Below, one piece after another: positions 10,194 to 20,901 of a stretch of 64,000 nucleotides of DNA (position 1 is the first letter of the stretch; each line of letters begins with the position of its first letter). The DNA comes from an uncultured Poribacteria bacterium (GTDB lineage: Bacteria; Poribacteria; WGA-4E; WGA-3G): contig OX638351.1 of NCBI GenBank assembly GCA_951813565.1, positions 5,184,001 through 5,248,000 on the forward strand, read 5' to 3'. Below the pieces are notes generated by a model that saw only the letters and a program-made list of their open reading frames with translations, was not told where the DNA came from and did not search any database. A program made the position numbers and the translations under genes.

Positions 10194-12119
10194 ATGAAAT
10201 TGAAACTTTTCGTGCCAGGACGTATCTGCTTGTTTGGTGAACACAGCGATTGGGCAGGAGGGCATCGGCGGACCAATGCCGAGCTTGAGAAAGGTTATAC
10301 CTTAATCACGAGTACGAACCAAGGGGTCTATGCTGAAGTACAACCGCACCCCACAAACCTCATTCTGAAAACAACACTCAGTGATGGCACACGTCACGGT
10401 CCTTATACATTACCGATGGAACCAGCAGCATTGCTTGCGGAAGCAGAAAAAGGCAGTTTCTTCAGTTATGCTGCGGGCGTTGCTTATCAAATACTCACCA
10501 ATTACCGCGTCCAAGGATTAGAGATTGATAACTATCTAACAGATTTACCTGTTAAAAAAGGACTTTCTTCAAGTGCGGCTATCTGTGTATTGGTTGCGCG
10601 TGCTTTTAATCGGATATATGATCTTAAAATGACGACGCGCGGAGAAATGGAATACGCCTATCAAGGCGAGATTAAGACACCATCTCGTTGCGGCAGAATG
10701 GATCAAGGCTGTGCATATCAACACCCAATCCTAATGAGTTTTGATGGGGAAAACATTGAGGTTAAAGAATTTAATGTCCCAACAAACTTATATATGGTAA
10801 TTATAGACTTAGGTGCAGGTAAAGATACACGGCTTATATTAAAGCAGTTAAATCACTGTTATCCGTTTGCCGAAAATGAACTTCAAAAAAATGTGCAGTA
10901 CTATCTCGGTCCCTTGAGTAAAAAAATTACCGATTTAGCTCATGACGCGCTTCGCCAGGGCGATGCTGAAGCAGTTGGAAAGTTGATGACACGCGCACAA
11001 CAGGAATTTGATAAACATCTGATACCTGCATGTCCATCGCAATTGACTGCGCCTGTCCTTCACAAAGTTTTAAATTATGAACCGATTCAACCGTATATTT
11101 GGGGCGGCAAGGGAGTCGGTTCACAAGGTGACGGGTCAGCACAGTTCATTGTCAAAGACGAAGAGAGTCAAGGACGAGTCATTGAAATCATTGAAAGAGA
11201 CTTACAGATGTCTTGTCTAAAACTCGTTATTGAGGCAAGCAGACATGTGCGTAAAGCTGTTATCCCTGCGGCAGGGTTTGGCACTCGACTTTTCCCGGCT
11301 TCAAAGGCAATAAAAAAGGAGCTTTTTCCTATTATCGACAGCGCTGGACGCGCTAAACCAGCAATTATGGCAATTGTTGAAGAGGCTGTCAACGCTGGCA
11401 TTGAGGAAGTGTGTCTGATTGTGCAGAATAGAGATATAGACCTATTTGAGTCCTTCTTTAAAACACGCCCTCGTATTGAACACTACAACAAGCTAAGCAA
11501 AGAAAATAAGGCTTATTGCGATTATTTAGTAGAATTAGGCAGCCGCATTTCACTGGTCACCCAAGATGTTCAAGAAGGTTTTGGTCATGCTGTCTATTGT
11601 ACGCGGGACTGGGTCGGCAATGAGCCTTTTCTGTTAATGTTAGGCGACCATCTCTACGGTTCAGATGAACCAGACTCATGTGCAAAACAGGTCTTAGATG
11701 CTTATGAACGGGTGGGGCACAGTGTAGTCGGATTAAAAGAAACACCAATAGAAGAGCTGTCGAACTTTGGATGTGTTACTGGTGTATGGCAGGAAGACGC
11801 GTCAATGCTGTCTGTGACAGAGTTTTACGAAAAACCCGATCCAGAATATGCAAGGGAACATCTTCATGTTGATGGCATGGACGCTGACAGTTTTCTTACT
11901 GTTTTTGGTATCTACGTGATAGAACCGCAGATTTTTGGGTTTCTTGAGCAGAATATAGAACACAATTTCCGGGAGCGAGGCGAATTTCAACTCACCTCTT
12001 GCTTGGATGAATTACGAAAGACGGATGGATTTTCTGGTTATGTTGTGAAAGGGCGGCGATTTGACATCGGGCTTCCAGAGGAATATCGGCAAACCGTCAT
12101 CGGCTTTGGAAATGTATAG
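10194..12119 (+). CDS. Fusion of a GHMP (galactokinase-like) sugar kinase and a GalU-like sugar-1-phosphate nucleotidyltransferase
   Basis: N-half PGRICLFGEH, PVKKGLSSSAA, CGRMDQ; C-half KAVIPAAGFGTRL.P, GFGHAV, LGD, EKP, GEFQLT. Confidence 0.88.
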   Translation: MKLKLFVPGRICLFGEHSDWAGGHRRTNAELEKGYTLITSTNQGVYAEVQPHPTNLILKTTLSDGTRHGPYTLPMEPAALLAEAEKGSFFSYAAGVAYQILTNYRVQGLEIDNYLTDLPVKKGLSSSAAICVLVARAFNRIYDLKMTTRGEMEYAYQGEIKTPSRCGRMDQGCAYQHPILMSFDGENIEVKEFNVPTNLYMVIIDLGAGKDTRLILKQLNHCYPFAENELQKNVQYYLGPLSKKITDLAHDALRQGDAEAVGKLMTRAQQEFDKHLIPACPSQLTAPVLHKVLNYEPIQPYIWGGKGVGSQGDGSAQFIVKDEESQGRVIEIIERDLQMSCLKLVIEASRHVRKAVIPAAGFGTRLFPASKAIKKELFPIIDSAGRAKPAIMAIVEEAVNAGIEEVCLIVQNRDIDLFESFFKTRPRIEHYNKLSKENKAYCDYLVELGSRISLVTQDVQEGFGHAVYCTRDWVGNEPFLLMLGDHLYGSDEPDSCAKQVLDAYERVGHSVVGLKETPIEELSNFGCVTGVWQEDASMLSVTEFYEKPDPEYAREHLHVDGMDADSFLTVFGIYVIEPQIFGFLEQNIEHNFRERGEFQLTSCLDELRKTDGFSGYVVKGRRFDIGLPEEYRQTVIGFGNV

Positions 12120-12239
12120 ATGGCTATACCACTAACGTTTTAATTAGATGAGGGTGTGCCTAAATAATTCGGATGTTAAATATGCGCTTAAAGGTAATAG
12201 GCACACGCCGTGGGTTTCCGTCCACAAATTCAAAGAGGC

Positions 12240-12392
12240 GCAGCATGCCACACGGGGAATGCCATAAGGCATTCGGACCCGCTGAATGACTAAAGACGAA
12301 TGCGCTTGGTAGAATACGCTTTTGGTATTCTACATGATTCGCCATGATTCATACCGTTGATTTCTTGATTTGGCGCATGCTGCGTTGATTTG
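12240..12392 (-). repeat. Nested CAAATCA micro-insertion stack inside a REP hairpin
   Basis: A 34-nt outer unit split by a 119-nt composite (12254-12372) nearly identical to 28060-28178. Confidence 0.8.
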
Positions 12393-12491
12393 GCAATGAA
12401 TTGCGCGACTACAAACGCATTTCTATAAATCAAGCGGCACCTGGCGTCTGTCCCTGTCTGTGTTGATGCGCCAAATATTTATGCACACCTC

Positions 12492-15400
12492 TCAATTAGA
12501 TGTAGATAGCCGTTTGAGCACAACAAGTGTCAAGTCATCATACTGTTCAGCTTCTTGAACAAAACTCTGAACATCTTCAACGATGCGCTGAATTACCTCC
12601 TCAGCAGTGCATTCGTTAGGAATTTGGGCAGTCAATTCTTTGAAACGATCTGTTCCGTACATGTCGTGGTTGGCATTGAGAGCCTCAATCAGCCCATCCG
12701 TATGGAAGATAAGAACATCTCCTTCATTTAAATCAAATGTAATAGATTCATATTGCACGTTCTTCATACCTCCCAAGGGAAGATCACTATTTTCAATTTC
12801 AATAATTTCAGATCCTCTTTTGAGAATGGGGTAAGGCTGTCCACCGTTGGCGTAGTCAACACGTTTTTCGGATTCGTTGAGAACTGCTAAGTTGAGTGCG
12901 ATAAAACTGGGTCCATACATCCGGGGTGCCAATCCAGCATTGAGATCGCTCAAAATGACATCTGCATCTGATTTAAATCGGGCAACTTCATGTAGCATTC
13001 CATTTGTAAGCACAGCATTCATCGCCCCACGTATACCCTTTCCTGCCGCGTCTGCCACAGCAATAGCAGTTTGTCCGTTTGCCACAGTCAAATAGTCGAA
13101 AAAATCACCTCCTACCTGTGTGGCCGGAATTGACATCCCCGCAATATCAAATTCTTGTGTTTGCGGTGATTCAGGAGGCAAGAGTCCCATTTGGATATTT
13201 TGCGCTTCATCTAACTCAGCACGGATTCGTTGCATTTCCGCTTCTTCTTTTTCGCGCATTTCAAGACGTAGCTGCGCGGTTTGTCTTCGGTTCACAATCA
13301 ATCTAAAAAGCAGAGAACCTGCAGCTGCGAGTAAAATTAGAGAGGGTAGGTAATTCCGCCATCGGGTCCAAATAGGTTGATCAATAGTAAAATTCAAAAC
13401 CGCAGGTCGTTGTGTGTAGGGCCATCCTTCACGAAAAGCTTTTATCAAAAATGTATAACTTCCAGATTTTAAACCTTCATAGCGTATTCGCTGCATCCTC
13501 TTGACTGTACCAACATCTGGCGACAGAACCCTTTGCTCAAAAAATTGTTCAACGTTGTCCTTAAACGTGGTCTGATTACCTTGCATTTTGCCTGAAGAAA
13601 TAGTTGTCCATCTGTTGTTGTCGATCCCAATTAGCCTAAATTTGTACTCAACATCATCTCTAAGTGGACTAACGCCCTGAAAATGGATAGTAACATTTTT
13701 GAGCCCCGCAGGCAGTAGTTCTTTTATCTCAGTAAAGGTGCGTTTGCCGGATTCTGCCATAGAAGGTTCTGTGAAAGATTTTCCCGCATCAACCGAGATA
13801 ATACGACAAAACGGAAGCGCTCCAAGGCTCGCGCGATACTGCGTGGCACCGCCTTCCGTGCCAAACCAAAGTTCTTCCTCGTTAGATGCATGAATGCTTG
13901 ATACATTATTATGAATGAGACCATCTTTGGTCGTAACAGATTGGAAGGTATCACCATCATACCTTACAACGCCACCACCCCATGTAGCAAACCATAAGTT
14001 GCCCCAATGATCTTCATGCACATCGCGTAAATCATCAACAAGAAAACCGTCAGTTGTTGTGTAAGTCTTAACTTCATTGCCATTATAACGAATTGCACCT
14101 TGTGAAGTCGCTAACCAAAGATCGCCATTCGTTGCAGTAAGTGCACCTCTGACCTTATCAAGTTCAATAGATACAGCATTTTTCAACTCGGCACCTTGGT
14201 ATGTTTTGATACTGTCCTTAAAAACAAAAGTAATTAATTCTGATGATTTTTGAGAAGGTTCAACCACCCCGTTATTCTGTAGGTTTGATGCATCAGTAGA
14301 ATTTTGAACAGTCCAGAGCGGCAATCCACTCGCTGCCCCAGGAAGTTCGGTTAACGTCTTTCCGAGGTCAGGATTCTCCCAATACATTAACTGACCACTT
14401 ACGGAATTGTAAAACCATTTTACATCTTTTGCTTCAGTAATACCTAAGACCGGAATGACTGATTTAAATGGAAGCACCTCAACTTTTGGCTGGCTTACCC
14501 TACTACGAAGATTGGTGAACCGTTTTACTTCTCCAGTTTCAAAATAGCACCATAGTCGATCTTGGCTATCGGTATGCAGTGCTGTTATCACATCGGTTGA
14601 CGGTGGTAAAGATTCTGTGGTTTTAAACGGTATAATTTTTGATGCCCGATTTAGTGAGAACTGGTACAACCCATCGCTTCTTGGCAGAAAAAGCCATCCA
14701 CCTAAAACGATCCAAGGTTCAACTCCTGAAGACACGAGTGCTGAATCATTATAAATTTTTTCACCGCCTGGACCGATCTCAGCACTAATATAGAGAGAAA
14801 GCTTTTCAAATTCTCCATTCCTATAGCGGAAGATTCTGAAAAGGCTAAAACCATCTTGGTGCTGAATAGGTTTATCCAGAAACCAGATGTCGCCATCTGC
14901 CTCAAAAATTTTGATAATTTCAGGACGTCTATTTAATTCCTGATCATCAAAAGTGATCTCAATTTTTAGGCTTCCGATTTGCCCAGCAAAGTTTGTTAAT
15001 GGAATTTGATGAAGTATATCTGTTTTTGCATCGTATCTCGCGACACCACCAGGAATGCTCAACCACAGTCCGCCTGTACTATCCGAATACATCATTCGAA
15101 CACTGTTACTTCCTAAATTAGTACGTGTTGTATGATTAATAAATGCTGGTTGTTGTTCAAATGCCGTTACACCATTGTCATGACCAAACCAAATTTTACC
15201 ATCCATCCCTTCAAAAATAGTCAAGATATTATCACTACCGAGTCCATCGTCAACTCCGTAAACTTTGTGTGCCGATTCTAATGGTTCAGTAAGCGAGGAT
15301 TCCAATTGAAAGACACCAGCTGCGTTATTTTCAAAATATTTGTAATTGTATCGGTGTGCACCCGTTTCACTGGCAAACCAGAGTTTATTCCAAGCATCTT

Positions 15401-16403
15401 CAATTTCAAAGGCACCATCAAGATAGGGATCTTGATTTGTTTCCAGAGTTTTCTTTTTTAAACGTTGAAGATTTTGACCATCCCACCAACTCAATTGATC
15501 ACTATCGCTAAACCAGATTTTCCCGCGTGTATCACTCTTTACAGATACATTACTCGTTTGTAAATTACCAAGTGTTTGAGATGAAGTTGATTGTCTGTTG
15601 ATACCAGTTTCAGATTTTAATATTTCCTCAAATTGTGTGCCGTTATAACGAAGAAGGAATGATTGTCCACCAAACCAGAGATTGTCATCTGTATCTTGGA
15701 CAATCACTTGAATTGCGCGGTCTTTTGGAAGTTTCGGGAGGTTATCCAAACGTTGTAGGTTGGCAGTTTGCCAAACGTTTACGTCACCTTGAAAACGCAT
15801 AATAAGTGCGCCTTGGGCATCGTTTCCACCTATCCATATTGTCCCGTCTCGACTTTGGAAAATGACATTTACCTTCGCGACAGAAGCACCAGCGATGCTG
15901 AGTTGGAAAGGTTGCGGAGGATCTTGGCTACTTATTGCGGTGTATCGCGTTACAGTATTATTTCCACCTACCCAAATATCTCCTTCATTATCAACGGCAA
16001 GACAGGTGCCATCGCTAATATATTCAAATTCTGATTCTTTTTGATCTTCGGAAGTATTTCTTTTATATCTACTGACAATGCCTGTGCCTTCTGCTGGGTG
16101 TTTGCTTAAAAACCAAATATGTCCCCATTTATCCTCAACAATCTGTATAGTCCGACCACGGAAAGCCTCTGAATCGCCAGAGTAGGGGTCAAAAGTATTA
16201 CCGTCAAAACGGCTTACCCCGCCCCGATCAGAACCAAACCAAAGGACGCCTCGGCTATCTTGAAATATAACGGGAACTATCGGGCCTACTAAGCCATCTG
16301 CGACGGTATAGGTTTTCATCTGTTCAAAAGCTGCAACGTGTTCAGCAAATCCAAAGCAGAAACTTAATATTAAAATGGAGACAATTTTCTTCAAAAGGTT
16401 CAC
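12492..16403 (-). CDS. Membrane sensor: beta-propeller (Reg_prop-like repeats), Y_Y_Y-like domain, TM helix and SpoIIE/PP2C phosphatase
   Basis: Signal peptide; repeated D..G.LWFGT.GG; C-terminal VGGDFFD, VADAAGKG, HTDGL.E, DDLT. Confidence 0.9.
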   Translation of the reverse strand: MNLLKKIVSILILSFCFGFAEHVAAFEQMKTYTVADGLVGPIVPVIFQDSRGVLWFGSDRGGVSRFDGNTFDPYSGDSEAFRGRTIQIVEDKWGHIWFLSKHPAEGTGIVSRYKRNTSEDQKESEFEYISDGTCLAVDNEGDIWVGGNNTVTRYTAISSQDPPQPFQLSIAGASVAKVNVIFQSRDGTIWIGGNDAQGALIMRFQGDVNVWQTANLQRLDNLPKLPKDRAIQVIVQDTDDNLWFGGQSFLLRYNGTQFEEILKSETGINRQSTSSQTLGNLQTSNVSVKSDTRGKIWFSDSDQLSWWDGQNLQRLKKKTLETNQDPYLDGAFEIEDAWNKLWFASETGAHRYNYKYFENNAAGVFQLESSLTEPLESAHKVYGVDDGLGSDNILTIFEGMDGKIWFGHDNGVTAFEQQPAFINHTTRTNLGSNSVRMMYSDSTGGLWLSIPGGVARYDAKTDILHQIPLTNFAGQIGSLKIEITFDDQELNRRPEIIKIFEADGDIWFLDKPIQHQDGFSLFRIFRYRNGEFEKLSLYISAEIGPGGEKIYNDSALVSSGVEPWIVLGGWLFLPRSDGLYQFSLNRASKIIPFKTTESLPPSTDVITALHTDSQDRLWCYFETGEVKRFTNLRSRVSQPKVEVLPFKSVIPVLGITEAKDVKWFYNSVSGQLMYWENPDLGKTLTELPGAASGLPLWTVQNSTDASNLQNNGVVEPSQKSSELITFVFKDSIKTYQGAELKNAVSIELDKVRGALTATNGDLWLATSQGAIRYNGNEVKTYTTTDGFLVDDLRDVHEDHWGNLWFATWGGGVVRYDGDTFQSVTTKDGLIHNNVSSIHASNEEELWFGTEGGATQYRASLGALPFCRIISVDAGKSFTEPSMAESGKRTFTEIKELLPAGLKNVTIHFQGVSPLRDDVEYKFRLIGIDNNRWTTISSGKMQGNQTTFKDNVEQFFEQRVLSPDVGTVKRMQRIRYEGLKSGSYTFLIKAFREGWPYTQRPAVLNFTIDQPIWTRWRNYLPSLILLAAAGSLLFRLIVNRRQTAQLRLEMREKEEAEMQRIRAELDEAQNIQMGLLPPESPQTQEFDIAGMSIPATQVGGDFFDYLTVANGQTAIAVADAAGKGIRGAMNAVLTNGMLHEVARFKSDADVILSDLNAGLAPRMYGPSFIALNLAVLNESEKRVDYANGGQPYPILKRGSEIIEIENSDLPLGGMKNVQYESITFDLNEGDVLIFHTDGLIEALNANHDMYGTDRFKELTAQIPNECTAEEVIQRIVEDVQSFVQEAEQYDDLTLVVLKRLSTSN

Positions 16404-16439
16404 AACAAACCACCTATAATAGTTTGGCGATATAGAGAT

Positions 16440-17624
16440 TTATATAGTCTTACTCGAAAAATCACTTATCCGACTAATAGCTTCTTCAATCACCTCATTA
16501 GGATACGTAAGCGAAATTCGGAAATAGCCTTCGCTCCATTGTCCATATCCGAGTCCTGGGGTTACGACAACACCTGCTTCTTCAAGAAGTGCCGTAGCAA
16601 AGGCACGACTTGAACCGTTAAAACGTTCTGGCACTGGTGCCCAAACATACATTGTTGCCTTCGGTTTTTCAAGAATCCATCCGCTTTGTGTCAGCGCATC
16701 AACTACCATATCTCTACGTTTTTGGTAGATTACATTCAGTTTAGGTGTAATTTCATCAGCGATTGAAAGCGCTTTTGCTCCAGAAAATTGTAAAGCACGT
16801 AGTGAGCCGTTATCAATATTATCTTTTACCTTTTTCACTGCCTCAACAGCAGTTGGATTGCCCACTACAAATCCTAATCGCCATCCGGTCATATTGAACG
16901 CTTTGCTCAAGGAAAAGAATTCTACCGCAACCTCATCAGCTCCATCCACTTGTAGTATACTGGGTGAACGATAACCGTCATAAGTATTTTCACTATAAGC
17001 GTTGTCGTGTGCGATGAGAATATTGTTTTGACGTCCAAATTCAACTGCACGTTGAAAGAAATCCAGATCGGCGATTGCTGTTGTTGGATTGTTCGGATAG
17101 TTAATCCAAAGCACTTTTGCGAGACGTTTTACGTCGTCTGGAATAGAATCAAAATCAACATAGAAGTTGTTTTCTCTTAAAAGCGGTGCATAGTATGTGG
17201 TTGCACTGGCAAACACGTGACCAATGTTATAGGTAGGATAGCCAGGACTTGCAGCGATCCCAATGTCGCCAGGATTCAATATACCCAACGCCATTTTAAC
17301 AATTGCATCTTTGCTACCGAGCGTTGTTACGATCTGTTCTTCAGACAAAGAAACTCCATAGCGATGTTGATAAAACTCGCGTACTGCCTCAGGAAATTCG
17401 GGTACAGGGCTGTCACAACCGTAACGATGTCTATCAGGGTCTGATGTATTTTGAATTGCGTTACACAAAGTTTCCACTACCGGATCGGGTGTCGGAAAAT
17501 CTGGATCCCCGATGCCAAGGCTTATGACATCAACACCGCGTTCTTTGGCAGCAGCCATTTTTTGGCGTAAATCCACAAAAAGATACGGTGGAAGTTTCTG
17601 TAACCGTTCTGCAAGTGTAATCAA
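16440..17624 (-). CDS. dapL: LL-diaminopimelate aminotransferase
   Basis: LPPYLF, LGIGDPD, NYPNNPT, HDNAYSE, SLSKAFNMTGWRLG. Confidence 0.8.
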   Translation of the reverse strand: MITLAERLQKLPPYLFVDLRQKMAAAKERGVDVISLGIGDPDFPTPDPVVETLCNAIQNTSDPDRHRYGCDSPVPEFPEAVREFYQHRYGVSLSEEQIVTTLGSKDAIVKMALGILNPGDIGIAASPGYPTYNIGHVFASATTYYAPLLRENNFYVDFDSIPDDVKRLAKVLWINYPNNPTTAIADLDFFQRAVEFGRQNNILIAHDNAYSENTYDGYRSPSILQVDGADEVAVEFFSLSKAFNMTGWRLGFVVGNPTAVEAVKKVKDNIDNGSLRALQFSGAKALSIADEITPKLNVIYQKRRDMVVDALTQSGWILEKPKATMYVWAPVPERFNGSSRAFATALLEEAGVVVTPGLGYGQWSEGYFRISLTYPNEVIEEAISRISDFSSKTI

Positions 17625-17918
17625 GATAGTTTTCGCTCCTTTATGTTTGAGTATTATACCATTTCTAATATATAATGTGTCATTTTCTGGAATATCCTGT
17701 AGGAGCGACCTCCTGGTCGCGACCGGGAGGTCGCTCCTACAGAAGAAAGGTATCTTCAGCAGACAATAACAGTTGAATTTCTTAATGAAATAGTATTTAT
17801 TAGAATTGGTATCTTAAAATTTTAGTCCAGTCGGGAATCGGAATTCCCTCCTACCGTAGAATCAACTCAGTATCACGACCTATAACACAAAATGGTTGCT
17901 TTTGTCATTTCATAATCC

Positions 17919-19817
17919 TTAATTTCCGAACGCATTTGCGACAATCACTAAATCTTGTATATTCACAACGCCATCACCATTCACGTCTACCCTCGGATTG
18001 CTGGGCTTTTCTATGCCGATATGTTGTGCCACCATTACCAGATCCAGCACATTGATGATGCCATCAACGTTGACATCGGCTAGGACCTCCATACCTACTA
18101 TATCTATGTTCCACGTCTGTTCCCAACTCTGCCCTTCTCGGACACTTTTCAGGAATCCTTGTGTTTTAACCATGAGTGGATCCCTCAACATCCAACGCGC
18201 GCGGATCCGAATGGTTGGTAAGACACCCCATACTATATAAGCCTCTTGAAATGCTTGGTAGCGTTCAGGTTCTCCATCTGGGTTTGGCACATGAAAACCG
18301 TAGGGGATCGTCCAAGGTGAAAAGAGAAAAGAACTGATGGGATGTGGCTGTTTGTTCCGATAAATTCCCTGTTGCGCTAAGTTCGTATTGAAGAATGTGC
18401 CTTCATGAATACCTTCGCCACCGAGCACAATCCCCGGCATCGCCTCCCTTAATTCCTGATGCATCAGGATGTTTCCTTCTGGAAAGGTTAATCCGTCTAC
18501 AAGCCCATTGGGATCATTTCTAAAAAGTGTATTGATATCCAAGTGGAATCCGTCTATCGGATAGGCTTCGTACACTTTTTTATGTTGCGTAACGGTATAT
18601 TTTCTAAATGCTTTTGACGCTGGATTGATATAAGCCACAGAGTCCGGGTATGACGGATCATCCCATCTGTAGCCGAGTTTGTGTCCTCTGAATGGATGTC
18701 GAAGGTGAAACTTCTCAAACTCTGGATAGAGTGGATCCTCCGGTGACATCACGACAACATTTGTATAAGGCATAACCCGAAACCCATAGGCATGTGCCAT
18801 CTTGAGAAAATCACCAAATTCGGGTCTGGGTGTAGGGAAATTCGCCTTCTCTGCCCTTTGCCAACCGAGTAGATATATCAAGGTCGTTGACGGATTTACA
18901 TGTTCTACTAATTTCGGTAAAATATCCATCTGCAAATTCAGGTAAACAACCAATTCAAGTTCTTTGACCCATACGGGGGGTTGCTTGGGTTGGAAAGCAG
19001 TTTCCATCCAGTCTCGATAAATCCGTGCGGGCACTTGCCAGTCGCCTCGGTAGGCGTTCAAACGCCACTCAACCGATGTAACCTCATTCTTATCTCGGAA
19101 GGGTGCGAAATTGTCTGTCCGAAAACTGATGCCAAAATGTTCGGCAGTTGGATTATAACCGACACCTTTGAACCGAAATGTTGTATCCGTGCTCCGCACA
19201 AAGAACCCGCCATCTCCACCTTGTAGTATGGCGAGTTGTGCCGCCCATCCCTCTGGATACTCAAAACCCCTATGATCGGTATCAGTGGCGGCATCAATGA
19301 TTTCACCACCACTGGCAGGTAATATGATATCCATTTTCTGGCTATTGAGGTATCCGCATCCCCACATAATGCTTACAACACGTTCTGAGGTGCCGTGCTG
19401 TCGAATAACGAGTTCCCCTGTATCGGCATCTATACTGATGCGGATCCGAACCGTTTTATCTACTCTATAATCAGAATAATACGCAACTTCTACACTCAGA
19501 GGGGTCAACCTTTTCGATTCTACTACTTCCCAATGATCATCTATGAGGATATACTTTCCATATTCTCCTTCGTTATATTGTATTGAGATACCACTTTGCT
19601 CATTTGAATCGCCTTGCTGTGGGAGTGTATAAGTCTCCTGTGTGAGTTTGTTGTGGAAGTGCACCAGCACGCCATGTTCAAAGCGCACCTGATACCGATC
19701 CGTCTCCGCGAGGACATTTCCCGCTTCATCAACCGTCAAAGTGTTTGACAACGCAGCAGGTATTAAAACAAACTGTAACAGCAAGATACAAGCACATTTA
19801 ATCCAGAAATCTCTCAC
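17919..19817 (-). CDS. Secreted glycoside hydrolase-like protein with C-terminal dockerin
   Basis: Signal peptide, IDGFHLD barrel motif, two Ca-binding repeats DVNVDGIINVLDL and DVNGDGVVNIQDL. Confidence 0.7.
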   Translation of the reverse strand: MRDFWIKCACILLLQFVLIPAALSNTLTVDEAGNVLAETDRYQVRFEHGVLVHFHNKLTQETYTLPQQGDSNEQSGISIQYNEGEYGKYILIDDHWEVVESKRLTPLSVEVAYYSDYRVDKTVRIRISIDADTGELVIRQHGTSERVVSIMWGCGYLNSQKMDIILPASGGEIIDAATDTDHRGFEYPEGWAAQLAILQGGDGGFFVRSTDTTFRFKGVGYNPTAEHFGISFRTDNFAPFRDKNEVTSVEWRLNAYRGDWQVPARIYRDWMETAFQPKQPPVWVKELELVVYLNLQMDILPKLVEHVNPSTTLIYLLGWQRAEKANFPTPRPEFGDFLKMAHAYGFRVMPYTNVVVMSPEDPLYPEFEKFHLRHPFRGHKLGYRWDDPSYPDSVAYINPASKAFRKYTVTQHKKVYEAYPIDGFHLDINTLFRNDPNGLVDGLTFPEGNILMHQELREAMPGIVLGGEGIHEGTFFNTNLAQQGIYRNKQPHPISSFLFSPWTIPYGFHVPNPDGEPERYQAFQEAYIVWGVLPTIRIRARWMLRDPLMVKTQGFLKSVREGQSWEQTWNIDIVGMEVLADVNVDGIINVLDLVMVAQHIGIEKPSNPRVDVNGDGVVNIQDLVIVANAFGN

Positions 19818-20146
19818 AAATTTACCTCCTTACGTTTTCTCCAGCTTTTATTCCGATAAACAATTCTAAATTGATTTATGTTACTTCGTGTTTCCTATAA
19901 GATTTTAAACACAGAGTGCCATTTTTAATAGAGAACAGTTCGTTATTGGTGAAATATTGTAGCGCAAACTTTCAATTTGCGTCGTTTTATGCACAAACTA
20001 AATGAAGATTAATTTATTTATTCGGTAATTTTATGCCATGCACGAGGCAGTTGTGCCTCCTGCTGGCAAGGTTTCCTAACCTTGCCACATTACCGATTTA
20101 TTTTCTTAATCTTCATACAGTTTGTGCTACTATGTGGCAACTTAGG

Positions 20147-20890
20147 TTATTTCAGTTGAAGAATCGCCTGTTGTGCCTGATTGAGTTGATTCATTATGTT
20201 TGGACTAAAATGCAATCCTTGACCGCCCCAATCCGGCATATAACCGATGCTATAGCAGTAGTAAAGCGTTCTACGCGGTTTTCCTGAGACATTGATGACA
20301 GAACCATGCGTGAGTGCCTCTGTGAAGATGATAGCGTCACCTGCCTTAGCAGGAATCGGTGCCAACACAGGATTTTCATCGGGATGGCTACCCCACGGCT
20401 TCGGAAAATTGCTCTTATGCGCACCAGGGATTACTGCAAAACATCCGTCCTCAACATCGCAGTCAATCATTGGGAAAACGGCTTTTGTCAATGTGGAAAC
20501 CATTTCTCCATTTTTACAATGATACTGACACTTAGGAATAATCGGTGTTCCGTGCATGTGTAAACCGGTATAACCACCACCCCAACGATAAATCGTGTAG
20601 GTATGATTGAGACGATATGGCCCACCAGTCACCCCTTCAACCACGTCCAACACCTCTGGAATATCAACGAGGGCATTAAATACGTTATCTGCCTCCAATA
20701 TGTTGGAGATATAGAGTTCTTTCTCCGTTTTTTCTGTGCCGAGACATAACGGCTCTGGATAATCGCTGGGATTCATATTTTCATACGAATCAAGCACAGC
20801 ATTACATGATTCGATCACTGTCTGAGGAATAACATCTTTCAAAACGATGAAGCCTTGTAAATCAAATAAATACTTTTGTTCACCTGTCAT
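20147..20890 (-). CDS. PhyH-family Fe(II)/2-oxoglutarate dioxygenase
   Basis: FDLQGFIV, IPGAHK, AGDAIIF...LTHGS, RRTL. Confidence 0.85.
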   Translation of the reverse strand: MTGEQKYLFDLQGFIVLKDVIPQTVIESCNAVLDSYENMNPSDYPEPLCLGTEKTEKELYISNILEADNVFNALVDIPEVLDVVEGVTGGPYRLNHTYTIYRWGGGYTGLHMHGTPIIPKCQYHCKNGEMVSTLTKAVFPMIDCDVEDGCFAVIPGAHKSNFPKPWGSHPDENPVLAPIPAKAGDAIIFTEALTHGSVINVSGKPRRTLYYCYSIGYMPDWGGQGLHFSPNIMNQLNQAQQAILQLK

Positions 20891-20901
20891 AATTCACATC
20901 C

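Noticed and set aside
17919..18080. Cellulosome system
   Set aside because: Only a single dockerin-like tail is present, with no cohesin or scaffoldin in the window.
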